DNA of 52,788 nucleotides from assembly GCA_001662655.1 (NCBI GenBank), contig KV460266.1. One strand, written 5' to 3'. The notes under the pieces are model-generated. The model was not told the origin of the DNA. It made no database searches and saw only the letters and a program-made list of their open reading frames with translations. The translations under genes were made by a program, and so were the position numbers. Of this stretch, positions 33,832 through 44,629 are shown piece by piece (the first letter of the stretch is position 1; each line of letters starts with the position of its first letter). The stretch is from Pseudogymnoascus verrucosus (taxonomy: Eukaryota).

Positions 33832-35573
33832 ATGGCTGGCGTCGCAGATTGGAAATCGGGTCTTCCTGCAACGGTTCGCTTTGAGAATGTCGAAAACATG
33901 CACGTGTGCTTTCCCTTTGTAAAGAAAAATCCTAACATTGCTCAGCCAAAAGGGAATAGAAGCTGCAGGAGAGCCGTCAAAGGCCAAGGCCCAAAAGGCC
34001 GCCTTCGCCGCCGAAACTGAAGCTTATAAGGATTCACATTCCTTGGTAAGTCTAGATTTTTGTTATTGTTGTGTTATCTCTACTTATGTTACTGTGATTA
34101 CTACCATAGTGGTTGTTCAGGAGCTATGTCGTCATAGCAGGCTTGTTCTGGTTTCTCTCTTGTGTCTGCCTCCTTAAAATGGGGGGAGAGTATCGGTTTC
34201 GTCTGCTTTATGCTACCACCCTTTAACAATAAATGTGGTGCTAGAGTAGTGGCCAACTCGCATCTAGCTACTTCGAAAGAAGAAGTATTCAATGAATTGA
34301 ATCTTACACTTCCAGGAGACAGTGGTTCGAATCCGTTGCACCGCAATATTCTTTAATTATTTTTACTCTTAACCCCCTTTTCAGATCATACATCTCATTA
34401 TTTACTCTCCAGATCTGCACATTGTCTTCCTACATGATTGAATTATCGCCTTCTCGTACTAACAAATATTAGGAAGCATACACAGCCGTCTGCCTGGCCC
34501 ATTCTTCTACCGCTTCATCAACTTCACCCACCTCGCTGCCCATAGCCCCAGCACCGACAAGAACATCTTCAGAGCCCTCCACAACAATTGGCCCCTACCA
34601 CCCCTGCCATCTCATTGCCACATCACCCGTCTCCTGCGTCTACCACCACCCTGATTCCACGACCCCCCTGGCTGTGAAGCTCATCACCACCTCGTCTCCA
34701 ACCCCTCCACACAACCCAGCCCGCGAAGCCGCCATCCTCAAGTCACTCACGCACCCCAACATCATCCCTCTCATCTCTACACTCCACGACTCCGACGCCC
34801 ACCTCATCCTAACCTTCCCCTACTACCCCCTCACTCTCGCCACCGCCCTCACCCTTCCCTCCCCCCCAAAGCTCCTTCCCCTCCTTCACGACCTCTTCGC
34901 TGGCCTTGCACACCTCCACGACAGAAACATCATCCACCGCGACATCAAGCCCTCCAACCTGCTCCTCACACCCAACCGCCTTGTTATTGCTGACTTCGGC
35001 ACTGCCTGGCACCCCAAGCTCTCTACCGACGAGCCACGCAACCAGAAATGTCTCGATGTCGGCACGGGTGCTTACCGTGCTCCTGAAACGTTATTTGGTG
35101 ACCGCAAGTATGGCACAGAGCTAGACATGTGGGGTGCAGGCTGTGTGATGGCAGAGTGTTTACGTGAGCCTCATACGCCGCTATTTGAGTCAAGAGGGGC
35201 ACACGAGGATGGGAATCAACTTGGTCTGATTTTGAGCAGTATGTCTGTCCTCTATATATTTCTCTGCCTTTCCCCTTTTCCGACCCAGCTAACCCCATCA
35301 GTCTTCAAAACCCTCGGCACCCCCGACCCCTCCACCTGGCCTTCAGCCACGAAACTCCCCACCCCACCCTTTGAGATGTACGCCACATTCCCTGCGGTGC
35401 CGTGGAAGACGCTCATTCCTCCGACGTCGAACCCAGAGTTTGCAGGGAAATGGGATCAACTGCGTGAGATCGTCTGGTGGCTGGTTATGTTCGAGCCGGG
35501 GTATAGGACAGCACCGGAGGCAGCGATGGAGATGCTTGAGTTGGCAGGGGTGAAGGTTGATGGACGTGAGTAG
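33832..35573 (+). CDS. Ser/Thr protein kinase, CMGC group, Csk1/Cak1-like CDK-activating kinase
   Basis: Exons 33832-33899, 33946-34045, 34473-35238 and 35302-35573. Motifs 'LAVK', 'PHNPARE', 'IIHRDIKPSN', 'ADFGTAW', 'DVGTGAYRAPETLFG' and 'QLGLILSIFKTLGTP'. No canonical Gly-rich loop, as expected for fungal monomeric CAKs. Confidence 0.82.
34235..34345 (+). tRNA. tRNA-like element (isotype undetermined, possibly a pseudogene) inside kinase intron 2
   Basis: Acceptor stem GTGGTGC/GCACCGC plus discriminator A. T8-A9, D stem GAGT/ACTC with loop AGTGGCCA (A box). T arm AGTGG-TTCGAAT-CCGTT (B box). TTTTT at 34360-34364. The anticodon arm does not pair canonically and carries roughly 38 extra nt. 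Confidence 0.6.
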
Positions 35574-35681
35574 CATCTTGATATGGCATTCTAAATATAT
35601 AGAATAATTCATCCTAAGTTACTTCCGCTCTCTTGTCTGGAATCTTTTCTCATTCGCTAAATACAACTGCTCAGAAGGAGC

Positions 35682-36733
35682 CTAATGCCAATACTTGGGT
35701 GCCACCGCTTTGGTCGTCAACCACGCCTTCTCCAGCGCCTCAACAGCGTCATCCGGCAACGGACCCTTCTCCAAATCCGTCAGGTTGCCCTCGAGGTGCT
35801 TTGTGCTACTCGCCCCAATGATAACAGCATCCCCCAACTCTGCCTTCAGCTGCGAATGGTGATGTAACCACCTCAGCGCGATCTCCGCAACGGTAAGCCC
35901 ATGCTTCTCCGCGACACCATTAATGATATCCAGTGCGTCGAAGTAAGAGTCGTTCCAATAGCGTCCACGATGAATGGTACCTTGAAATATCTTAGGGTCG
36001 AATCGGCTGCCTTTTTCGAAGGTCTCTTGATCCCGCGTGTAGCGCCCAGTCAAGAACCCACCTGCGAGAGGCTGGAAGGCATAGAGAGAGATGCCGTAGT
36101 GGCGGAGGCAAGGGAACAGTTCCGCCTCAACAGTGCGCTGCAGTGCATGATAGACGCCCTGGTATACGGTAGGCTTGATCCATCCATTTTCCTCACAAAT
36201 CTCCACGATTTTTGCAACCTCCCAAGACATGTAATTGCTAATTCCAAAACGCTTGAAGTAACCCTCCTTATAAAGATTGTTGACCTCGCGGAGAGTGTCC
36301 TTGAAGGGATTCTTGCGATCAGGCCCATGGAGATAAAACATGTCGATTTTGTCGGCCTTCAGCGCCTTGAGACTCGCCATGAGGCCTCTGCGCACATCCT
36401 CTGGCTTATGGGTGTATGGATCATCCTTACCCATCTCCATGCCAGCGTTTGGGTATAACTTTGTGTCCATAACAATGCCTCGCTTCTGCCAATCGATATC
36501 TGCGAGTATTTCCTCCGTTGTGCCGTTCCCATATATCCGAGCACTGTCAATTTCGTCGTGGCCATGTTGCTGGAAGATGTCCACGATCTTTCCTGCTTCC
36601 TCAGCAGTATATACTCGGGAACCTAACGTATCTGGAAATTCGAGTTAGCAATAGGTGGATCTTGGAGGGCGTCACACTCACTCTCTTTGCCAAATGTCAT
36701 GGAGCCAAACACTATCTTAAGATTTTGAGACAT
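35682..36733 (-). CDS. Aldo-keto reductase, aflatoxin B1 aldehyde reductase (AKR7) family
   Basis: Exon 1 MSQNLKIVFGSMTFGKE and intron 36632-36681. Motifs 'EIDSARIYGNGTTEE', 'DTKLYP', 'IDMFYLHGPDR', 'GISNYMSWEV', 'PLAGGFLTG' and C-terminal 'KYWH'. Confidence 0.92.
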
Positions 36734-37488
36734 CCTTGCGGTAAATAGATCAAAAGTGATCGGCTTTAGACGTAAAATAAGTTGTTTAAGTAAATGGTAG
36801 CAGAAATTTGTGCTGGTTAGAGGTATTTATCCCAAACGCACGAAACTGGTGAATGAAGTTATAACATTCGTCAAAAGGGCGAGTGTGAGAGTAGTTATAG
36901 AAGTTACTACGGTTTTAGAAGTTGTAAGTCCATTCCTTAAATCCGTCGACAACGTACGTCATATCGAGGTGCATAACTGCTCGGAGATATCATAGTGGAG
37001 GTTCAGATACACTAGATTTGTAGCTTTTCGACTAAAGCTTCCCGCCGATTCAACTGTAATAATGGTTGCGTCTAACTATGTAGGTAGTGATTAGTGGTGG
37101 CGATTGCCGCACCATTCCGTACCGTAGATTATCCGACGCTAGTGGAGTAACCATAAGCAGGATGCATGAAAAGGAGTTAAGCCCTCAATATGACCGGGGA
37201 AACAAGCAATAATAGCCACACTTCGTGCTTTACGATTCTTGAATCGCTCTGCTTCACAGTAATTAAGGAATCCGTAGATACATCGAGCACGCTGCTTTGT
37301 GCACATTCTAAAATTATGGTCAACATGTGCACCGCAATAAGTATAGTAACATAATTGTAGGTCGATCAAGTATAAGACCGCATTTGAAACTCAATCTCCA
37401 GATTCAAGCATCTCTAGTAACATCGAAGATATCCCCTCCCGGTCTATATGTACATATTCGCTAATCAACTGCCGGGTATCATATTGTC

Positions 37489-39285
37489 TTATTCTTGACT
37501 CCATTTAGCAATAAAAATTGCCATGAGCGTATTCAACAGCATAATAATCCAGGCCGCAAATCCCATCGCACCCTGAAAATCTTGCTTGTAAATATCCCAC
37601 AACAACGCCGCAGCACCGCTCACCCCTAAAATTACCAAATTCAGGACGAAGACCTTGAGATAGTCAGGGCCCTCGTCAATATGCACGCCCCATCCATAAG
37701 ACACTGGAGCGGTAGATGCGAATATACTTTGGTCTAACTTCCGCGGAATGCGGGGAAGCCAAATCAGGTGGCGGGAGGGGATGCAACCGGAAAATAGGTA
37801 GTGTAGAAAGAGATCGGATGAGATAGGGAGCTCGTTCTCGAGAGGACATGGGTCGTAGTGGTAGCGTTTTGCTACCACTTCGGATTTTGGTGGTAGTGCA
37901 AGGGGTTTGTCGAGAATGCCTACCCGGTAGCGGTCTTCTACTGAGAACTGTTTCGTTCGCTTAGTTCCCATCAAGGTAAGGGATAGGAGTGGAATGGTAA
38001 ATTTACTCGAACATAAGAGACATTAACAGGTTTCAGGAGCCAAAACCGGGCGCGGAAGCTTCGAAGTCGAAGATAATGCGATTTGACTACGCCGAAAAAT
38101 TCGCCGTCGGTGTTAATTGAACTTACGTCAATCTCCCCGAGAGTCTTCAACAATTTGCCCGAGTTAACACAAAGCTCCAAAAATTTGTAGCTTGATTCTG
38201 TAGGCACGGCACTAGTAGTGGAGTTGGTCCCGATTTGAGTTTGAGTAGGGCTGGAAGAATGTAGTCTTGGAGCCGGGCCTAATTGAGTGGTAGAATTTTG
38301 AGAAATATTCCCTATCGAATGGACTAGCATTGGCATGCTTATGGCTCTGAGTAAAGATCGATTAGGTATATCAGAGACTCTTGACAGCTGTGAATCTTCT
38401 AATGAGGAGAAGAATAGCGCACTTATTGTTAGAAGGCTTGTAGAGTTACTGTTGAAATCCATATAAAGCAAGTCACCGCACCCCTATAAATTGTGATGTT
38501 AGTTCAATTCACAAAATAAGTTAAAAGGTAAGCCTACGCATATCCATTCGACCCGTTGAGATCCTTTCGGAATAGGCGGTCGTAGTAACCTTCGAAAGAA
38601 ATTTTTACCCCGTCTGAGGAAGTCCTTTAGTTGCTCTATATCGTCTAATTCCTTGACATAAGGCTATGACGGCGAATTATTAGATCTTCTGTGAAGCAGC
38701 TGTCTTAAGACTATACTTACATAGCCCCTATCCTGGGACATTACAGTCGCCGGCGCAGGAATGCTAGGATCACTACCTTCAACCTTCTTAGTCGCTTTAT
38801 CGTGTGGCGTGGTTGAGATTATAGCAGTGTCGTTTTTAAGAGCTTGAGATAATTCGCTTCTCTAGTTAGTCGTCGTGTTTCTAGTTCGTGAACTATGGTT
38901 AGGCTTACAGATGATCCTTCTGAAGCGCGATTTCGATGAGTAATTTCAGTTGCTTAACTTTTGACAGTACGCTAGAAACCTCTTCTTTACTAGATTCCCA
39001 GGTAGTCGATGTTAATTTTAACTTCAACTGCTGAAGTGTAGACGTGTACTGATCTACAGGTCCATCAACAAGAGCCTTCACCTGCAAATTCCACGGCTCA
39101 TTTGAAGACGCTTGTTCATGAATGTGGTAGTTTAGGGCCGAGAGAAGATTAGAGACGTGTGATAGTTCGATTTCACACTGCGTATGATCCATTGGTAAGC
39201 CTTTCGCATCGTGTAGACATGTTACAATATCGCTAGTGAGTCGTATGGTACCAATAATTCTAACGACGACACTAAAGGAATCCAT
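37489..39285 (-). CDS. Fusion of a fungal STAND N-terminal (HeLo-like/SesA-type) helical domain with an uncharacterised C-terminal domain ending in two TM helices; no NACHT
   Basis: Five-exon model from ATG 39285 with introns at about 38860-38908, 38665-38720, 38485-38537 and 37950-38007. Exon 1 follows the 'MDPLS...ALQxDH^xLSQA' pattern of NACHT-protein N-termini. Downstream motifs 'RVEWICGCGDLLYMDF', 'FLELCVN', 'LPRIPRKL', 'GWGVHIDEGPD', then two hydrophobic helices. Confidence 0.7.
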
Positions 39286-42185
39286 ATTAAGCACTCCAAG
39301 ATTTTAGGGACAAGATTGCTCTAAAGGATAACAAAGTACTTGCATCAGAGCAGTAAATCAACTAAGTAAATGGGAATCTTTGTCGTAACGGATTTTGTAG
39401 GGTGGGAAGAATGTGCCTTGCATTTATGTTAACGATGCAGCTTCTATGCCATCGAACGACGATGGGCTGAGGCTAAGGCTCAGCTCGGGGTTGACACCAC
39501 GGCTGTACGAGACGGAAACGCCCGGAATTTATTAACGTATTGGAGCTCAAGTTTGCGGGGCTTATCCAAACTAGACATTGATTATACAACCAAGGCTATG
39601 CTTCATAGGCTGAGCTTCACGGCAAGACCTTGACCGGTTGGTCTAAAGGGTTACGCCAAGAGCTAGGCTACATCTGCAAGTTACCAACAACCTGGCTGCG
39701 ATGCAGACCACGACATCGACAGCCCCTCCGCCCTACTCTCCCCCCATTCCACAGCTCTCCCTCTCCCCATCCCAAGACGTCTACATAGGCCCTCACCACT
39801 CCTCCAAACCCAACCCAACCACACCCATTACTAACGACATGATACATGATCCACAGAAGCCCTTGTCCACCACACGTTCACCGCCTGGCATCTGCTTTGT
39901 CCATGCCGCAGCGACGGGTGCGAGGTCGGCGATGGGATAATGTGGCGATGATAGGGGGCGCCAGTCGTGAAAAGGTACCAATGACTGCAAACCCCAACCC
40001 TCACCCCGCTTTCTCCACAAATGCTTGATCTTTCTACGCCTCCGCGGTAGGCTTTCACAAGCCCTTGAATTTGTTGGTGAGTTCGTGAGAAGGAAGGTCT
40101 GCCGTATGCTTTTGGACGTTAAAGACCGAGTCACGTCCTAACTTGGGCGAGCAGGTATGATTTTGCAGACTGACATATGCTTCCCCCGCCACTGTCTCAA
40201 CCACCTTCCAATCCTCTTCATTCTCGGCCCCTCCCCTGAGATACCTATATGACTCCCCTTTCTCTCACCCAACTCCCTTCCACATACATACCACCAATCA
40301 TGATGGAAGAAAACAACGGATTTCAGGACAAAAAAATATACCAGGAGGGACGACTACAGAGACTCCATCCCCCAAGCGCCGCCCCCGCTTTCAGTTCAGC
40401 GCAATACTAACGACGGCAGACTGTTGCGGCGACGAGAACACAGCAGTGGCTGTAACGCGTGGTGAGAATATAGCGGTGGTGGCACACAGTATCAGAGACT
40501 AGAAACGCAGCAGCGACACGGAACGAGCAATCCAAGTCTTATCTTGCTCTACTTCGTGTATTGGTTCATAACAAATGCATATGACATCCTTGACCGAGAG
40601 CTAAAAACAGAGGTAGGCAGAAGCATATCTTTTCAAGGGCCTCATTTGGGTGATCGTTGTGCTTCAACTTAAGTTTCAGACGAAGAGAACAATATGTTGC
40701 TAGCCTCCGCTCTAGCGCTTGGGGGAAATGGGGATAGCTAGATCAGCACGAATGAGTTTATGGTGCGGCTGTATGGAGAAGAATAGTCATATCTTTTTGC
40801 AATAGGGGGTTTCGGGGACGGATAGAGCGAGATAAATCTGGGAAAAGGGGATAAAAGATGACTCCACTCACTGAGCACCCCCGGGACAAGAAATTATCCA
40901 TAAGTACCAGAATGAAAAAGGTACAATACCCAGGCTCATTCCTCTTCACGCATCGCTTTGTAAAGTGTATAAGAACTAAAGTCCGAGTTCTGATTTTATG
41001 ATTCCCGTAGCCGTGAAAGCCAAAGACGTCCACAAATCAGCAAGACGGTATCAAGTGACGATTATGCGAGCAAGATACAACATTACACGTAGTGTGGAGT
41101 GTATGATATCGCCATGAGAAATGGAGGGTAATAAAAATATGAGGTGAGAGCGCAGTGGTGACAACCCCCAGTCAGTGACGAGAACCCAACGATAACAACA
41201 TAGCACCGACAACGCTACCCCTCCTACCACTCATCCATCTACCACCAACACACTCCCCGCCTTCTCCCTCCAGACACCCCACCGCTTCCGCACCAGAGAG
41301 CGGACAGCGTAGGTAGAGGATAAGATCTCCAGATAATTGTTGGTGCTGCATTGGAGAGGGGGGCGGGGGTGGTTTTTAGAGTTTTCAAATGGGAGAGAGC
41401 GTTGTGGGTGGTACTTGGGATGGGGATGAGGATGACGAGGGGTTGGATAGACTGATAGATAGAAAGATAGAAAGACAAAAGCTACCGCACGCATATCTAC
41501 TTAGTCGAAAGGATATCAAATCATTACCGAACCTGAAATATCCTTCCATTCCGCCCATCTCCCAACGTCTCCTTGCTAGACAACTATATAAACCCCTCCC
41601 CTCCAACCCAAAATTTCCTTCTCCTCTCAACCAAACACCTGATCGACTACATGCAGTTCCAGAACCCGTCCCCCACCACCGCGCAATCCACCGCGCAATC
41701 CACCACGCCCCCCTCCTCGCCTGTGCTCACCACCCCGTGCTCTCGCGCCGTCTATACCCTGCGGCACTGGCGGTGCAATGTGGTAAAAATCTAGCGGTGA
41801 CAAGATATTGATAGTGGTGAGAGGGTGCGGTGACAATAGTAGGCCCCCCTCTCAACGCCGCACCCACCCACCCACGTTTATCGTGGAGACTCATATTCTT
41901 CCTAAGTCCATTGCGGCGAGAACAACGCAACATGTGCGTTGCGGACATCTATCTCGTGAGTTGGAATTGGAAGAAAATAGTCGCGCGGACTGGTTTTATA
42001 GATGGAGAGCATGGGGGTGGTGCATATGGACACGTGGGAGTGACGAGATGCTGCTGGCGCATATAACGGGTCTATCGCCCTTTTTGTGGTATTCATATAA
42101 TACACCACCAACACTACATCCAACCACACCCCGTACACCCATCTAATATATAAACACCATATCATACACCTCCCCTCTCCTCACC

Positions 42186-44223
42186 TCACTTCCTCCCAAC
42201 CCTCTGCTTCAACAAACAATGCTCCCCATACACCCTCTCCCCCCCCAACCCCAACGGCACCCACCCCAACCTCGCCAACAACCCCGTCCTCCCCGCATCC
42301 ATAAAGCGTTCACACTTCACCACCTCCCACGTCTCTGTATCGAGCATGTATGCAAGTTCCAGGGCTGAGGGGGTGGAGGAGGGGAAGTGGGTGTCGACTA
42401 GGAAATCGCAGGTGGCGATATCGACCTGTTTTTCGTTAGCATTCTACCCTTATCCATTCACCTATCTCGCTAAAAACAAGGAAAGTAAAGGGGGAAAGGG
42501 GGATAACGGGGGCGAACTGACATATTTCCCCACATCCTCCAAATTCTCATCATTCATCCCCTCCGGCACCACCCACGTCCCCGGCCACCACCCCCCTTCC
42601 CCCCCCTCTCCACCCTGCTTCCCAAACTGCCCCGGCAACAACCCCCTAAACTCGCTCCTAACAAACCTCGCCCTCATCCCCTCTGGCAAAAAATACGAAG
42701 AAGGAAATCTATACCAATCCTTCCCCAAACACAGCGACGACCCCTCCACCGCGACCCCTGGTGATTGCAGTGGTTCGTAGATATGCAGAGGTGCAGAGAA
42801 AGCGTCATAGGCGCCGAGGATGCGAGAGAATCCTAGGATGATGGAAGTTCCCAGCGTGGAGACGACGAGGAGGAGTTTTAGCCCTGCTGGGACGCGACCG
42901 ATCAGCGTGCGCGGCGACGACTGCCCCAGAGCCGCGAGGAGGATATGCAGCGAGATCGCCGCATTCAGCGCCAGCGCCGGGTACGCCGGGTACATAAACC
43001 GCTCCTCCTTATGCGGCTGAGCCGAGAAAATCGCGAGCCACAGGTAAAACGGCGTTATAAACACCAAGGTCCGCAGTCCCGAGGCGAGGGGCTGGCGGGA
43101 GAAGAGTTTTAGGAGGATGAAGAGCGGGAGGGAGGCTAGGGCGAGAGGGAGGAAGATGTGGAAGTTCAGGAGGAGGTTGCGGATGTAGAAGGACCAGGGC
43201 TCGGTGCCGTAGATGTTGGGGCCTTTGTGGGGGGGGCTGAAGACGTTGTAGAGGACTATGTTGAGGGGGACGAGGGTGGGGAGGCGGTAGAAGGTTGAGG
43301 AGATTGTGAATTCGGCGAGCTGTTTACGTTAGGATATTCCATTCCATCGATTCCCATTCACCCCATCTCTCACATCTCGCTGTCAGGGGAATTACTCACC
43401 ACAACCAAAAGCGACGCCCCCACCCCCTTCACCAACCTCCTCACCGCATCAACAAACGCCTCCCTCCCATTAACAACCGCCAAAACCCCCTCCTCCACCA
43501 AAAACGGCACTGCTAACGCCACCGAAAAAGGCCATCCCAACACCCCTCCCACCGCGAACCAAAACACCCCCTGCGCCGTCCTCAATCCCCCCCTCCAATT
43601 AATAAAAGCCGCCATCCCAAGCATCGTAGTATACATCGCGAAACTACTCGGCAGAAACGCCGTCGCCGCCCTAAACACCCCCGGGCTGCTTATCATAGCA
43701 AGTAAGAAGAACAGCGCGATGCGTGGGTTGAGCGTAATGCTAATAACACGGAATAACTGCGTCTGACACACCGCACACACAAAGGCCAGCGTATACCTTA
43801 TAAAATAAAACTCCCCCACCTTCGTCGGGAAAGGCAAGAGTCGTCGGACACTCCCAACAAGGGCATGGAGACCGACATACGCCCAACTCCGGATCGAGTA
43901 CACGGGGGAGTACTCCCATGTCTGTAGCCCGGAGGAGTGGGCGAGGTAGTGGGTGGGCTCCCAGTAGTTGAATGTCTCGTCGCAGTCTTCGATGGGGGAG
44001 GTGAGGGCGGCGAGGAGGTTGAAGAAGAGGAATACCCACAGGGCTGTGATGGGCTTCATGGCGAAGGGGGTTGGTGGGGGACTGGCGGGGACAGGTCAGC
44101 GTGGAGCTTTGGGGGAGGGATTGGGATTGGCAGGGCGTACGTTTTTTTGGGCTTCGCTGTCCCTGACTGGGCAGCTATGCCCTTTGATTGCGATGCAGGT
44201 GGCATCTTCGACGGCGGAGGCAT
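42186..44223 (-). CDS. ALG9: Alpha-1,2-mannosyltransferase Alg9 (GT22)
   Basis: Motifs 'PIEDCDETFNYWEPTHYL..GLQTWEYSPVYSIRSW', 'AFLPSSFAMY', 'QPHKEERFMYPAYP' and 'CLGKDWYRFPSSYFLP'. Introns at about 44082-44140, 43320-43399 and 42426-42521. Stop at 42188-42186. Confidence 0.93.
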
Positions 44224-44629
44224 AGCGACGACTCAATGCCTGTGTGAAATCGTCACCGTTCTAGGACACAAACGTGCATAAGAAAGTTGACAGCGCGCGA
44301 TCCCCGCGGCTGGCGCCGATGAGGTATGTCATCCCTGTAGCTATAGGGAACCCTGTTGGACGCCGGGACGCCAAGACGCTAGTATGGTGCTTGGGTGGGT
44401 GGGAAAAGCTCCGACCGAGACTTTTATCGGTAGCCTTGTGTGGTTTCTTATCGTGAATTTTATTTTGTTCTGCAACTTGGAAACTTCACATACATTTATT
44501 TCCACTTCACAACTTTGCTTAGTTGCCACTTGCTTAACTATACTAAGCTGAGGAGAAGAAGGGATTGGAGAATAAGAATTTGTTCCGAGCGCATCTTGGA
44601 TACCCCGACTTCAGCGCGCGCGACCGATC

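Noticed and set aside
39700..40200. Short ORFs that might be a pseudogene relic
   Set aside because: No recognisable family motif or consistent frame; a translated search would be needed.
41573..42146. Small + strand ORFs downstream of a TATA-like sequence
   Set aside because: Frames do not join with convincing splice sites and there is no recognisable domain.
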